Source: Paramoeba atlantica (lineage: Eukaryota; Protista; Discosea). From it: a stretch of 64,000 bases of DNA. The position numbers were made by a program, and so were the translations under genes. The notes beneath the pieces are model-generated. The model saw only the letters and a list, made by a program, of their open reading frames with translations. It had not been told where the DNA came from and ran no database searches. Where the stretch lies: the NCBI GenBank assembly GCA_977017575.1, contig CDRNVI010000012.1:496001-560000 (forward strand). The letters run 5' to 3'. The number at the start of each line of letters is the position of its first letter. Positions within the stretch are counted from its first letter, which is position 1. This document shows, piece after piece, positions 32,731-41,825 of this stretch.

Positions 32731-34296
32731 CTACTTATCGGACTCAGTCTCTACCGTTGAGTTGACCAGGGAACGCTGATACGGGGATAGTGAAGCCAAG
32801 AACTCCTCAGTAAGAATGGTCCCATCTCCGGCACACACCTTGACGGGTGAAAAACGGGGGGGTTGGGTTTCCCATTTCTCACACCACTTGGGCAGCACCT
32901 CGGTTCGCAGACGTTCATCACAGATTCGTTTATTTTCTGCCTGTGACCTCGTCTCCTGTGACTGCGTCCGGCACACTTCTGTGCCGTCCAAAAAGAGAAC
33001 AGCGGTCACATGGGTCTCTGTTACGTTCGCGGCCTGACCTCCAGGTCCGCTGCTTTTTGTGGTATGGTATTCCACTCGGGTACGAAGTCCGGCGTCCAAC
33101 GTCTGTGCAGCAATCACAGGACGTACGCGAAATGTCAATCTCTCCTTGTCCATTCCTTTTCTCTCATGGGTACGTTGCTCCTGAGCTGCTGTAGCGCCGA
33201 GTACCAACCCATACGCTCCCATACCACCAAGCTTCTGAGTGAAATACACTGCGGTTTGTTTTCCTACGGGCTGGAGTACAAACCCTCGTGTAGTGAGTTC
33301 TTCTCGGAGGTCACCGGGGACTTTGTCCAATGCGCAGCACAGAACACAGTCGAATCGATGCATGGGAAAGCTTCGCGTGATGTACTCCTCGCAGAGCTCC
33401 GCTAGACACTGCGGCGCGCGGATTGTCGTTGCGTGATCGTGGAATTGCTCCTGCAGCAGGTTGGCATATAACCGATGCACCTCACCGACGGCACGGTCTG
33501 CGTTCGAGTGTTCCTGTACAGTACTCGCGGTTAGTATACGGGAACACAGATTAGAAAATGCAACAATGCCAGGTGACTGTGCCCGCAGCCGCTCGATGCG
33601 CTTTTGCATTCGGTGGATCTCCACGTCTCGTGTAGCGAACTCCTTTTCACGCAAAATGGTGTTCTTATGACTGTCCTCGACACGGGCGAGCTGTTGCGTA
33701 AGAGCGGTGTGCTTCTGTTTCAGGTCGCGCACCTCACGTTCTTTTTGCTTTAGGTCCATTTGTTCGTTTCGCAAGTCCATGTATTTTTGATCGATCTCGT
33801 GCAGTGACTTGCGGATACTTCTCTCGGATGTTACCAACTGCGAATTTTGCTGCAGGGTCTCGTTGTGCTGATTTTGTAGCTTTGTAAATTTTTCGGTTAC
33901 ATTGTCCAGTTGCACTTGTAGTTCTTGTATTCGCTCTCTTCTATGCTTCAACTCGTAAAGGATTTTTTGAACGCTTTGCGGAAGCTGCGAGAGAGAGTCA
34001 TCGGTCATACCTTCTTTGTATTCACATATGGGTGCATAATCTGAAATTTTCGGTGCTGGCGGATAGGGAATCTTCCTATTAAAAGTACGCTCATATCGAT
34101 TCGCCTGATCACGAGCCTTCTCGTATAATGAAATCTGCACTTCGATAGCTTGGTGCATGTTTGATAAATTGCTCGTTATGAAGCGTTGCATGAACGTCGG
34201 TTCATTATCTTTTTTAGCATCGCTATTTTTAAAGCGCACCAAAAAGAAGTATGGATTCCGCGAACGTGGAAGGCTATCAACACACTTGCGTATCAT
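32731..34296 (-). CDS. Coiled-coil protein fused to a degenerate class-I peptide release factor region (GGQ)
   Basis: N-terminal ~240-aa coiled coil; GMGAYGLV..., then TTKSSGPGGQAANVTETHV...SQETRSQAENKRIC (GGQ codons at 33034..33042). Confidence 0.82.
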   Translation of the reverse strand: MIRKCVDSLPRSRNPYFFLVRFKNSDAKKDNEPTFMQRFITSNLSNMHQAIEVQISLYEKARDQANRYERTFNRKIPYPPAPKISDYAPICEYKEGMTDDSLSQLPQSVQKILYELKHRRERIQELQVQLDNVTEKFTKLQNQHNETLQQNSQLVTSERSIRKSLHEIDQKYMDLRNEQMDLKQKEREVRDLKQKHTALTQQLARVEDSHKNTILREKEFATRDVEIHRMQKRIERLRAQSPGIVAFSNLCSRILTASTVQEHSNADRAVGEVHRLYANLLQEQFHDHATTIRAPQCLAELCEEYITRSFPMHRFDCVLCCALDKVPGDLREELTTRGFVLQPVGKQTAVYFTQKLGGMGAYGLVLGATAAQEQRTHERKGMDKERLTFRVRPVIAAQTLDAGLRTRVEYHTTKSSGPGGQAANVTETHVTAVLFLDGTEVCRTQSQETRSQAENKRICDERLRTEVLPKWCEKWETQPPRFSPVKVCAGDGTILTEEFLASLSPYQRSLVNSTVETESDK

Positions 34297-34429
34297 TCAG
34301 TTAAATTTTTTGAGTAAGATTTTAATCAAAATCAGTTAGTGATATTGTTCAAAAGTACACAGCAGAAACGAAGTCAGAACGATAATACATGTATACGCAT
34401 GCATGAGTACGAATACCTGATATGCTATA

Positions 34430-34520
34430 CAGGGGCGCAAATCGGGTGCTGGGGGTCTAAATTTTGTAATATTTTCTCAATTTTGGAAAATAATAGCGCA
34501 TTCGAGAGCTCTCGCAGAGG
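34430..34520 (+). mobile_element. Solo TIR of the TA|CAGGGG mariner-like family
   Basis: ta|caggggcgcaaat...aaaataatagcgcattcgagagctctcgcag. Confidence 0.7.
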
Positions 34521-34697
34521 TCTATGTTTTTGAATAGGAAGTTTTCCGGGGTGTAAGGCGGTGCTTAACTGAGCAGAAGTCCAAAAATGTCACGCGTTGA
34601 CGACAATGTCATGACTATCTGTTTTAATGTAATCAACTGCCTTTTCAATAGATCACAAAATTTCTATTAGTGTGATACGGACAGATTTTTGGACTTT

Positions 34698-35145
34698 GTC
34701 CGTATTAAATGGGGGGTGCCCATGGCGCAGAAAATGACGCTATTTCTTACCGATAAAATATGTGTATAATATTAAATATTCCCCTGCACTTTTACCGGAG
34801 GTATCGTATCTTGGTCGAGTGATATATGAGATTCGTCGCCGATTCGCGGCTTCGGTGGATGCTTCCTGATCCATGATGTGAGCAGATCATTTGTACCACG
34901 TGGTGAAGTATCACACTGTTGAGACATGGTGTTGTTATGAAAAATATTCTCTGAATCAAATTCTAAGCACAAAAATGAGGAAAACTGAGGAAAATATACT
35001 TCAATATTTTTGATATTGCTCAAAACAGGCGTCTAAGCCAAAAAGATAATTTTCTCCGAAAATCGAAATCGGAAGGTAAAAAAATTTCCCAAAAAAAATC
35101 CGGGCAGGGGGGTCAGGGGGTCCGTATTAAAGGGGGGTCACAGTA
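34698..35145. mobile_element. Right-end remnant of a TA-CTGT family element
   Basis: gtccgtattaaatgggggg (internal copy) and gtccgtattaaaggggggtcacag|ta (terminus); no left TIR found. Confidence 0.55.
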
Positions 35146-35401
35146 TGACGACACTTACGGTATTTAGGTCAACCTCTCCACGCTACAAAATCTCTGCGCG
35201 GATAAACGCCTTCATTTCGAAGATTTGTATCGTTCGTTAAAGTGACATTGGTATTCATAAAATTGAAGCTCAATGTAGGTAAAAAACTTGAAATGTCGAC
35301 AATTCCGCAAAGACTTGGATTGAAAGCCACAAGGTTATGATCATACGCTCGTGGCGCAGAGATACGTCTCTCTGTGTGACGGCCGATACCATCAGCGCAT
35401 G

Positions 35402-35700
35402 ACCCGCATACGACGGGTGTCACACAGAGAGTGGAGTGCGAGGTAGGAGACGAGTCGCCCATCGGTCATGCTACAGCACGTATAGCCATGGTTCATGCTG
35501 CAACACGGTCAAGCCGTGGGTTCATGCTGTCAGATGGTCTATCGTGGATCATGATGCATCATGGGGAGGTCCGTTACCGCCGCACTCGCTACAGCATGTA
35601 GGGAGAGAGGGGTGCAAGTTCGCATCCCCTATACACGCATACAACGTGTCCCGCTGTAGCACGCCCAGTGGTCCTCAAGGGAGTCCTCAAGAGTGGTCCT
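35402..35700. repeat. Diverged relative of the ~535-bp element
   Basis: Shares cccgcatacgacgggtg and agtggtcctcaagggag in the same order and at similar spacing. Confidence 0.55.
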
Positions 35701-36047
35701 CAAACGTCAAAATTCACTTCTCCCGTAAATTTGGCATCGAAAACAGAAAAGTCTTCTACAGTTTTTGGAAGGAACTCAAAATTTAGCTTTCCACCTATGT
35801 TCAAAAGATCCCAATTAACTGAGGAAATTTCTGACCGTTCATTGCATGTTACGCCTTGCCAAGTACACACGGATACTATTTTGACACGCCCTAACAAACC
35901 CCTTCGTTTCGTAGTTTTCCACGATTTCATTTTGTGTCGTACATTTTCAGTAAAGCGTTCCATCATTTGTTCCTGAGGCAGAAGGGCCATAGATACCTTT
36001 CCACGCCGCAGATCACGACCGTCATCGACACAGTATAAGTTTAGCAT
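35700..36047 (-). pseudogene. Truncated LRR protein of the Perkinsela-type expanded family
   Basis: GKVSMALLPQEQMMERF...VCTWQGVTCNERSEISSVNW...IGGKLNFEFLPKTV...FTGEVNF: N-cap (W.GV.C) plus first LRRs; family assignment from memory. Confidence 0.65.
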
Positions 36048-36691
36048 CTAGGTAAAACGTTTAAAGATAATTATTTTTTAAACATAAACCCTGTTCCGGG
36101 TTAATGTGTCTATAGCTACGTATTGTGCCGGGGGGGCACAATAACCCGGAACACGGTTTACTAGTGATACTGTAAGTACAGTGAGGCCAATATTCGTGGA
36201 ACAAAAGTAAGTAGGTTTTTTTATTAAAAAGGGCCTTTATTTCGGTTTTCCGGAGTGCGATCTTTTTTTCCTTATTCGAACCCTCTGGTATGGACATCCG
36301 ATATCGCTTTATCACTGCCACCGCCATCGAACTTGGTAGAAGTATGTGTAGGGCTACGTGCGTAGGGTTGTACAAACGCATGAAGGACTTAAACGAAATT
36401 GAAGCACGTGAGCGCCATAATATACTGATTCAGTATATCATGCTCATAAAAGTTGATGCGAATAAAACCTTACAAGCTCACTAGGCGCATCAGGGGACAT
36501 CGTATTTGATGACGTAGATGATCCTCAAAAGCAAACTTCAATGCCAATAACGAACGACGAGACAGCTGCCTCCAATTCGCACAGCGAAAAAAGAAAATGC
36601 AAACGCCCTCGAAAAACACTATCGAGTGAAGACCTTGAAATACAGCGACGCGTGGTGAACTATTCACTTTCCTGCGAGCTCTTATTAGTTA

Positions 36692-38431
36692 CAGTGGTTT
36701 CAGTTGATCTTGCCCCCCCCCTCGGAATTTTGATTTTTTTTATCCATTTTTGCTCATCTTTGCAGCATTGGAGAGATCTCGTTCCCCTAGCGAAGAGCTT
36801 TGCCGCCTTTTTTTCATAGAGACCCTCTGGTGCCCCCTGGGTCCGAAAAACACTGTTTTTTTGGACGTTTTCTGTGTACACAACCATTTTTTGTCACATT
36901 TTCCCTATTTTTTGTACATTTTGAACATGTAAGTACGAGTAATAGTGTTCTAAATTGATAATTTGAAAGCTCTATGTCTAGTACCATCCCTATCGCCTAA
37001 TTTAATATAGTCAACACCTCTACATTATGCAGACCAGACCCTCTAACCCCAAACAGGGGGAGTACGTACAAGGATGGAATGACAAAAGAGAAGACAATCC
37101 CCCAATATCCCACAAAGGAACCGTGGCATTACCTCTTTGCGAGAGAAAAGAAATAATAAAGCAACACAAAAAGGGATTAAGCATACATAAATTATCTAAT
37201 AATTTCGGACGTGACCGTCGCACCATAAGAAGAATTGTTAACCTGTGGAAGGAAGGAGAAGATCTTACACCCCAAAAATCCCCAGGAAAAAAATCATCAA
37301 GGCGGTTTAAGGACCTTGTAAAAAAAATTGTGGATGATGAAAACGAAACGTACGATGGTTGCTTAACTTATACTTGGATACACGAGCAAGTGCTGAATAT
37401 GGGGTATAAATGTTCGTTAAATAAAATAAGAACTATTTTGAAAAATATTGATTACGGTAGATGGGCTAAGTCGCCGAACTGTGACCTAACTGAGGAACAC
37501 AAGTCGCAACGTTTGAGATTAGCAAACGAATTGCTTACATGGCCTAAAGAAGATTTAAACAAAATCATTTGGACCGATGAAAAGTTGTTTACCTGTGGGG
37601 TTCATGGGTCTCAGTTTTTCATTGGACCTAAAGGGTGCCAAAGAAAACCTCGCTGCAGAAACCGTAGGTGGTATGGGGGGAAGGGGGTAATGGCTTGGAT
37701 GGGTATTAGTGTAGAACACGGATTTTTCTTGCACGTGTTTGAACCCAATGACAATACAACTTATGAAAACGCGCACAAGGTCACTGGGGGAGTGATCCTT
37801 GACTCCTTTCAGAAGCCTAATGGGTTTTTACATTATCTCAAAGACCACGTTGACAATGTGACTGTGCAAATGGATAATGCTACCACCCATAACTTGGCAA
37901 AAGGTGAATTGATTAAATATCGTACTAAACAATTGTCTTGGCCAGCGAATTCGCCTGATTTAAATCCAATAGAAAATGTTTGGAAACAAATGAACGGTAT
38001 CATAAAGAAAAAAATTAAGCCCCACAATCATGCTACCCTCGCCGATGCCATTAAAAAAGCTTTTCAGATTCTAAAACGTCCTCAAGAAAAACGTAAAGTG
38101 TGCAACACAATTGATTCAGTCCCTAATAGACTTCAAAAAGTGTTGCAAAACAATGGAGGCCATTCCGGATACTAGTTCTTTTCCTTTAGAGTTAACTTTT
38201 GGACATAAAATCCGTTTTTCGTTCTATTTTTGATATGGTAAAAAAATATCATTTTTTATTATTTTGGTCAACTTTCGGGTCACCCAAGGGGCACCAGGGG
38301 GTCTCTATGAAAAAAAGGCGGCAAAGCTCTTCGCTAGGGGAACGAGATCTCTCCAATGCTGCAAAGATGAGCAAAAATGGATAAAAAAAATCAAAATTCC
38401 GAGGGGGGGGCAAGATCAACTGAAACCACTG
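36692..38431 (+). mobile_element. Intact Tc1/mariner DNA transposon (1740 bp), ~150-bp TIRs, TA TSD
   Basis: ta|cagtggtttcagttgatcttgcccccccc... at 36692 and its near-perfect reverse complement ending ...gaaaccactg|ta at 38431; encloses an uninterrupted transposase. Confidence 0.96.
37027..38175 (+). CDS. Tc1-like transposase, DD32E
   Basis: HTH (SIHKLSNNFGRDRRTIRRIV), WTDEK, QMDNATTH, WPANSPDLNPIENVW, NNGGHSGY; D codon at 37873 and E codon at 37972 give 32 intervening residues. Confidence 0.95.
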   Translation: MQTRPSNPKQGEYVQGWNDKREDNPPISHKGTVALPLCERKEIIKQHKKGLSIHKLSNNFGRDRRTIRRIVNLWKEGEDLTPQKSPGKKSSRRFKDLVKKIVDDENETYDGCLTYTWIHEQVLNMGYKCSLNKIRTILKNIDYGRWAKSPNCDLTEEHKSQRLRLANELLTWPKEDLNKIIWTDEKLFTCGVHGSQFFIGPKGCQRKPRCRNRRWYGGKGVMAWMGISVEHGFFLHVFEPNDNTTYENAHKVTGGVILDSFQKPNGFLHYLKDHVDNVTVQMDNATTHNLAKGELIKYRTKQLSWPANSPDLNPIENVWKQMNGIIKKKIKPHNHATLADAIKKAFQILKRPQEKRKVCNTIDSVPNRLQKVLQNNGGHSGY

Positions 38432-38466
38432 TATTTTGGGGCTTCTTTCACGGTGCTATTGACATA

Positions 38467-39155
38467 CTGTACCCCCCTATTTAAGAGTCCGTCGATTTTG
38501 GGCATTTGGACTCTTACTATCCCCCCCTATCCTAGCGTTGCCTCAGTACCCCCCCTCATTAGCGTTGCTTTTTAGACCGTCTCTTCAAGCGGCGATTTTT
38601 TTTGACCCCCCCCTCCTAGCGTTGCTTTTTCCCAAAATCAGGCAACGCTAGGATAGGGGGGATAGTAAGTGGGGGGTCAGAATTTTCCGGACTCTTAAGT
38701 AGGGGGTCAGCATTTTTTCATAAAATTTCAATATGGCCGGTCCCTTTTTTCTCTATTTTTTCCTCTAATGAAGGTCGGCGTCTGTACTATCGATAAAATA
38801 GCAGTGCCAGGGAAGACCACGAAGAGGTCTCAACCATACTTTCCATTACGCACTCACATCAGGAGTGGTAAAGTTTATAAATGTCTGTAACAATTCTAGT
38901 CTAGTTAAGGGTTGAGGAGGGTGGTTGTGTTTCATGCTTGCCCGTAATCTACTCCTTCCTCGGAGTACTATCACGTACATGTATAGATAAACATGTATAG
39001 ATAACATGTATAGATACGCTTGGAAATATTAAAAACGCATCTAAACGCAATGAGCTGACAAAAAAAATAACAAAAAAATTGTCAGCCCAAGGCTTCGTCA
39101 AAAAGGACTCTTAAGTAGGGGGGTACCCCTTGGACTATTAAGTACGGGGGTACAG
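38467..39155. mobile_element. TA-CTGT family MITE (aagagtcc subfamily) hosting a nested MITE
   Basis: ta|ctgtacccccctatttaagagtcc ... ggactcttaagtaggggggtac, ggactattaagtacgggggtacag|ta. Confidence 0.85.
38517..38665. mobile_element. Nested 149-bp MITE, ~27-bp TIRs, TA TSD
   Basis: ta|ctatccccccctatcctagcgttgcct ... aggcaacgctaggataggggggatag|ta; removing it restores the host repeat ggactctTAagtggggggtcag. Confidence 0.88.
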
Positions 39156-40040
39156 TACATGTATTGATTTTTCCTCTCTCGAAAATTTTCTATCTCTGAC
39201 TTTTTTGTTTCACCATGCAAATATTAGTGGGACAAAAATTAATATTTGTATGCGTCCTACACTTACACAATGAATGGAACCATTAAAAAATTTTGGACGA
39301 CAGTAAAAATTCAGTGTAATTAGTCTTTGGGAAAATTCGTTGGATTTCTTCGTCGCAAAGGTCGGAAACAACTGAAGAAGCATCACCGCTGAGTCCGGGG
39401 GTGGTTTTAGTTGAAAGCAGGTTGTAGTTACACGGACCAACATCCCCCCCCGAGGGAAAACAACTAGAATGTGACGAGTTCACATTCGAAATTCGTTCGA
39501 TTTTGGAAAGCTAAACCAAACCGTTGACTTCCGAAATAATCGTCCAAGCATGCTAGCGTCGTACCGAGATATTGTCACCAGAAATCGCTTTCGAGAATCG
39601 CGATTATTCCCTGTACGGGTAATTTTCTTGACGTAAACAAAACTTGCAATTTTTTTACTCGCAAAAACTATCCAACCTTCATGGCTGGACACACCTCTTT
39701 TTCATCTTCGAAAGGCCTTCGTGAGCACTATCTGTGGGTATGAAAATACGTCGCTACGAAAAGGAGAATACAAGGGTATAGCTCTGCAACTGCCATTGTT
39801 AGAGTTCGATGACACCGTCAATCAGGCAGCCAATGAATTGCAAAGGTACCACGGTCAGCTACAAGGACAGGGAATTGGGAAGAACGAACGAAGGGCGCAT
39901 ATCCTTTTCGAACTTTCTCGACGAATATCCTAGATATCAGTGAACAGAATAGAGTACTCCTTCCCGAAGAGGAATCGCATATTGTACTGTGAGAACTTAT
40001 TCGGTCTATAAACGTTGGACTTCCTGCCACCTGGACAAGC

Positions 40041-41654
40041 CTACTGCCACCTGGACTTTCGAATCCATTCTTTAAATACCCCATAGGATCTGAACTCTTT
40101 CACTGCGTCGGAATATTCGTTGGACTCATCTTTCATTTCTCCTCTTGTCGGACCCGTAACAGGGCACGTACGAAGGGTGCGGCTTATTGTCAGTGACTCA
40201 CTCGACGCATACTTCCAGGCTCTGTCCTTCATTTTCTCGGAGCTCACTGTGCTATGTGAGCTAGGACAGTTTCTACGTTTTCTCGTCGCACCCATTAACA
40301 TACCGTGTTTGGAGTCAATACGCTCATACAGGGGTGGCACATCTCGCGACCACAGCTCCGAATATGAACGCAAGGACAAGGGGATCCCCTCGTGTATACA
40401 ATCTACGCAATCCCGAAAGCAGGGTACCGAACCGACCACCGCTATACTTCGCAATGTCGAAGACGACGATGCATGGGTCCATAGCACATCGCTATCATTT
40501 TCTTCCCTTAACCTGCATTTACTGTTCCTCTCTCCTTTCCCTGCTCCAGAAAGTCTTCCCCAGAAAGCTCTCTCCAGTGCCGGTCGCTCCACAAGTTCGG
40601 AATGTGTCGTATGGACCACGAGGTACTCTAAATTGAGTTTTATGCCGCACAACGCTAGCAGAGCTCCCTGCAATCCCACAACTCCCCATTTGGCGATCTT
40701 ATCCGAGCACGACATGCTGTGGCTGGGATGCCCACGACCGGGTTTCGTACGGACCAGTCCGGGGAGGAAATCGGAGGGATCGCCATGGGGAGCAATCATC
40801 TGGTTGTGGAGGGCATGGGCCCCCGTGGTGGGTCGTTTGCGGAGAGTACCGCCGGGTGGGCAAGTAGCTCCAGAACGCAGTTTCTCCGGATGAACGCTCT
40901 CTACAGGGATGTTATCCCATTCTTCACTCGTCTCTTTTTCCGCACTCTCACCTGAGACAATCTTTATTTTCCTTTTCTTGACGCTCCCTCCATCGATTTG
41001 GACATCATCCTCAAATTCCCTACCCGTCTCTTCTCGTATCTCCGGGACACACGCATCCCCACACGGGGGGTGGGATACGTACAACACCCACCCGGTCGAT
41101 GGAAGGCCATCCCTTTTTTCCTCTTTTCGTTTCAATGCGACATGCAGCAGTGCTCTCCGTGCTAACACCTCAGCATGACTATCCCGTAGAATATGAGAAT
41201 ACAAACCACCGGGGACGTTCCCCACACAACGAGATCCGGTACCCATACTGTGAACGATAGGAATTATTTTGGATGCTTCTGGATCTGTTTGATTATTATT
41301 CGCATTCATTTTCTCTTTTCTGTGATACGTCTCTGGACTATTCAGATCCTCATGATGCTTTGTTTTCTCTTCTTGTTCATGATTGGTTTCTGGACTGTTT
41401 GGGTTGTGATTCACTTTCTCTTTCTTATGATTGGTTTCTGGACTCTTCGTATTTTTATGATTATTGATGTTCTCTTCTTCTCTTTTATGATTGGTTTTAC
41501 GTGAAACATGTACCAGCGCGGCTAGAATGGTACCCGAGGGGGTTGGGGTTCTGAACTCTGGGATTGTGTTATAATGATGTCGAACACAGCGGACAATGGC
41601 ACGGGTGTCCTCAAGAGTAAGGGAAAGGGGGAAGGTACTCGGGGTGGCTTTCAT
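40041..41654 (-). CDS. ADAT1: tRNA-specific adenosine deaminase (ADAT1/Tad1-type, ADAR-family catalytic domain without dsRBD)
   Basis: SMGTGSRC, DSHAEVLARR, LYVSHPPCGDA, RTKPGRG..S.SMSCSDKIAKW.V.GLQGALL. Confidence 0.86.
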   Translation of the reverse strand: MKATPSTFPLSLTLEDTRAIVRCVRHHYNTIPEFRTPTPSGTILAALVHVSRKTNHKREEENINNHKNTKSPETNHKKEKVNHNPNSPETNHEQEEKTKHHEDLNSPETYHRKEKMNANNNQTDPEASKIIPIVHSMGTGSRCVGNVPGGLYSHILRDSHAEVLARRALLHVALKRKEEKRDGLPSTGWVLYVSHPPCGDACVPEIREETGREFEDDVQIDGGSVKKRKIKIVSGESAEKETSEEWDNIPVESVHPEKLRSGATCPPGGTLRKRPTTGAHALHNQMIAPHGDPSDFLPGLVRTKPGRGHPSHSMSCSDKIAKWGVVGLQGALLALCGIKLNLEYLVVHTTHSELVERPALERAFWGRLSGAGKGERNSKCRLREENDSDVLWTHASSSSTLRSIAVVGSVPCFRDCVDCIHEGIPLSLRSYSELWSRDVPPLYERIDSKHGMLMGATRKRRNCPSSHSTVSSEKMKDRAWKYASSESLTISRTLRTCPVTGPTRGEMKDESNEYSDAVKEFRSYGVFKEWIRKSRWQ

Positions 41655-41825
41655 ACATGCGTATGTTATGAAAACATGCGCGTAGGAGAATAATGAGATT
41701 CGGAAAATAGATGTGTTCGGTTTCTACGGAACAGGGAAAGTCAAAAAAAAATACTTAGGTAAGAGGCATGAATCAATTTTTTACATAAAATACCGCATTT
41801 AAAGAACTGAGGATTCTTTTGGAAA

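Noticed and set aside
39210-39692. Highly decayed mariner-like transposase on the minus strand (..FPTFATKK..LNFY; AWTIISEVNGLV)
   Set aside because: Resemblance is spread over several frames with no intact catalytic motif; needs a frameshift-aware HMM search.
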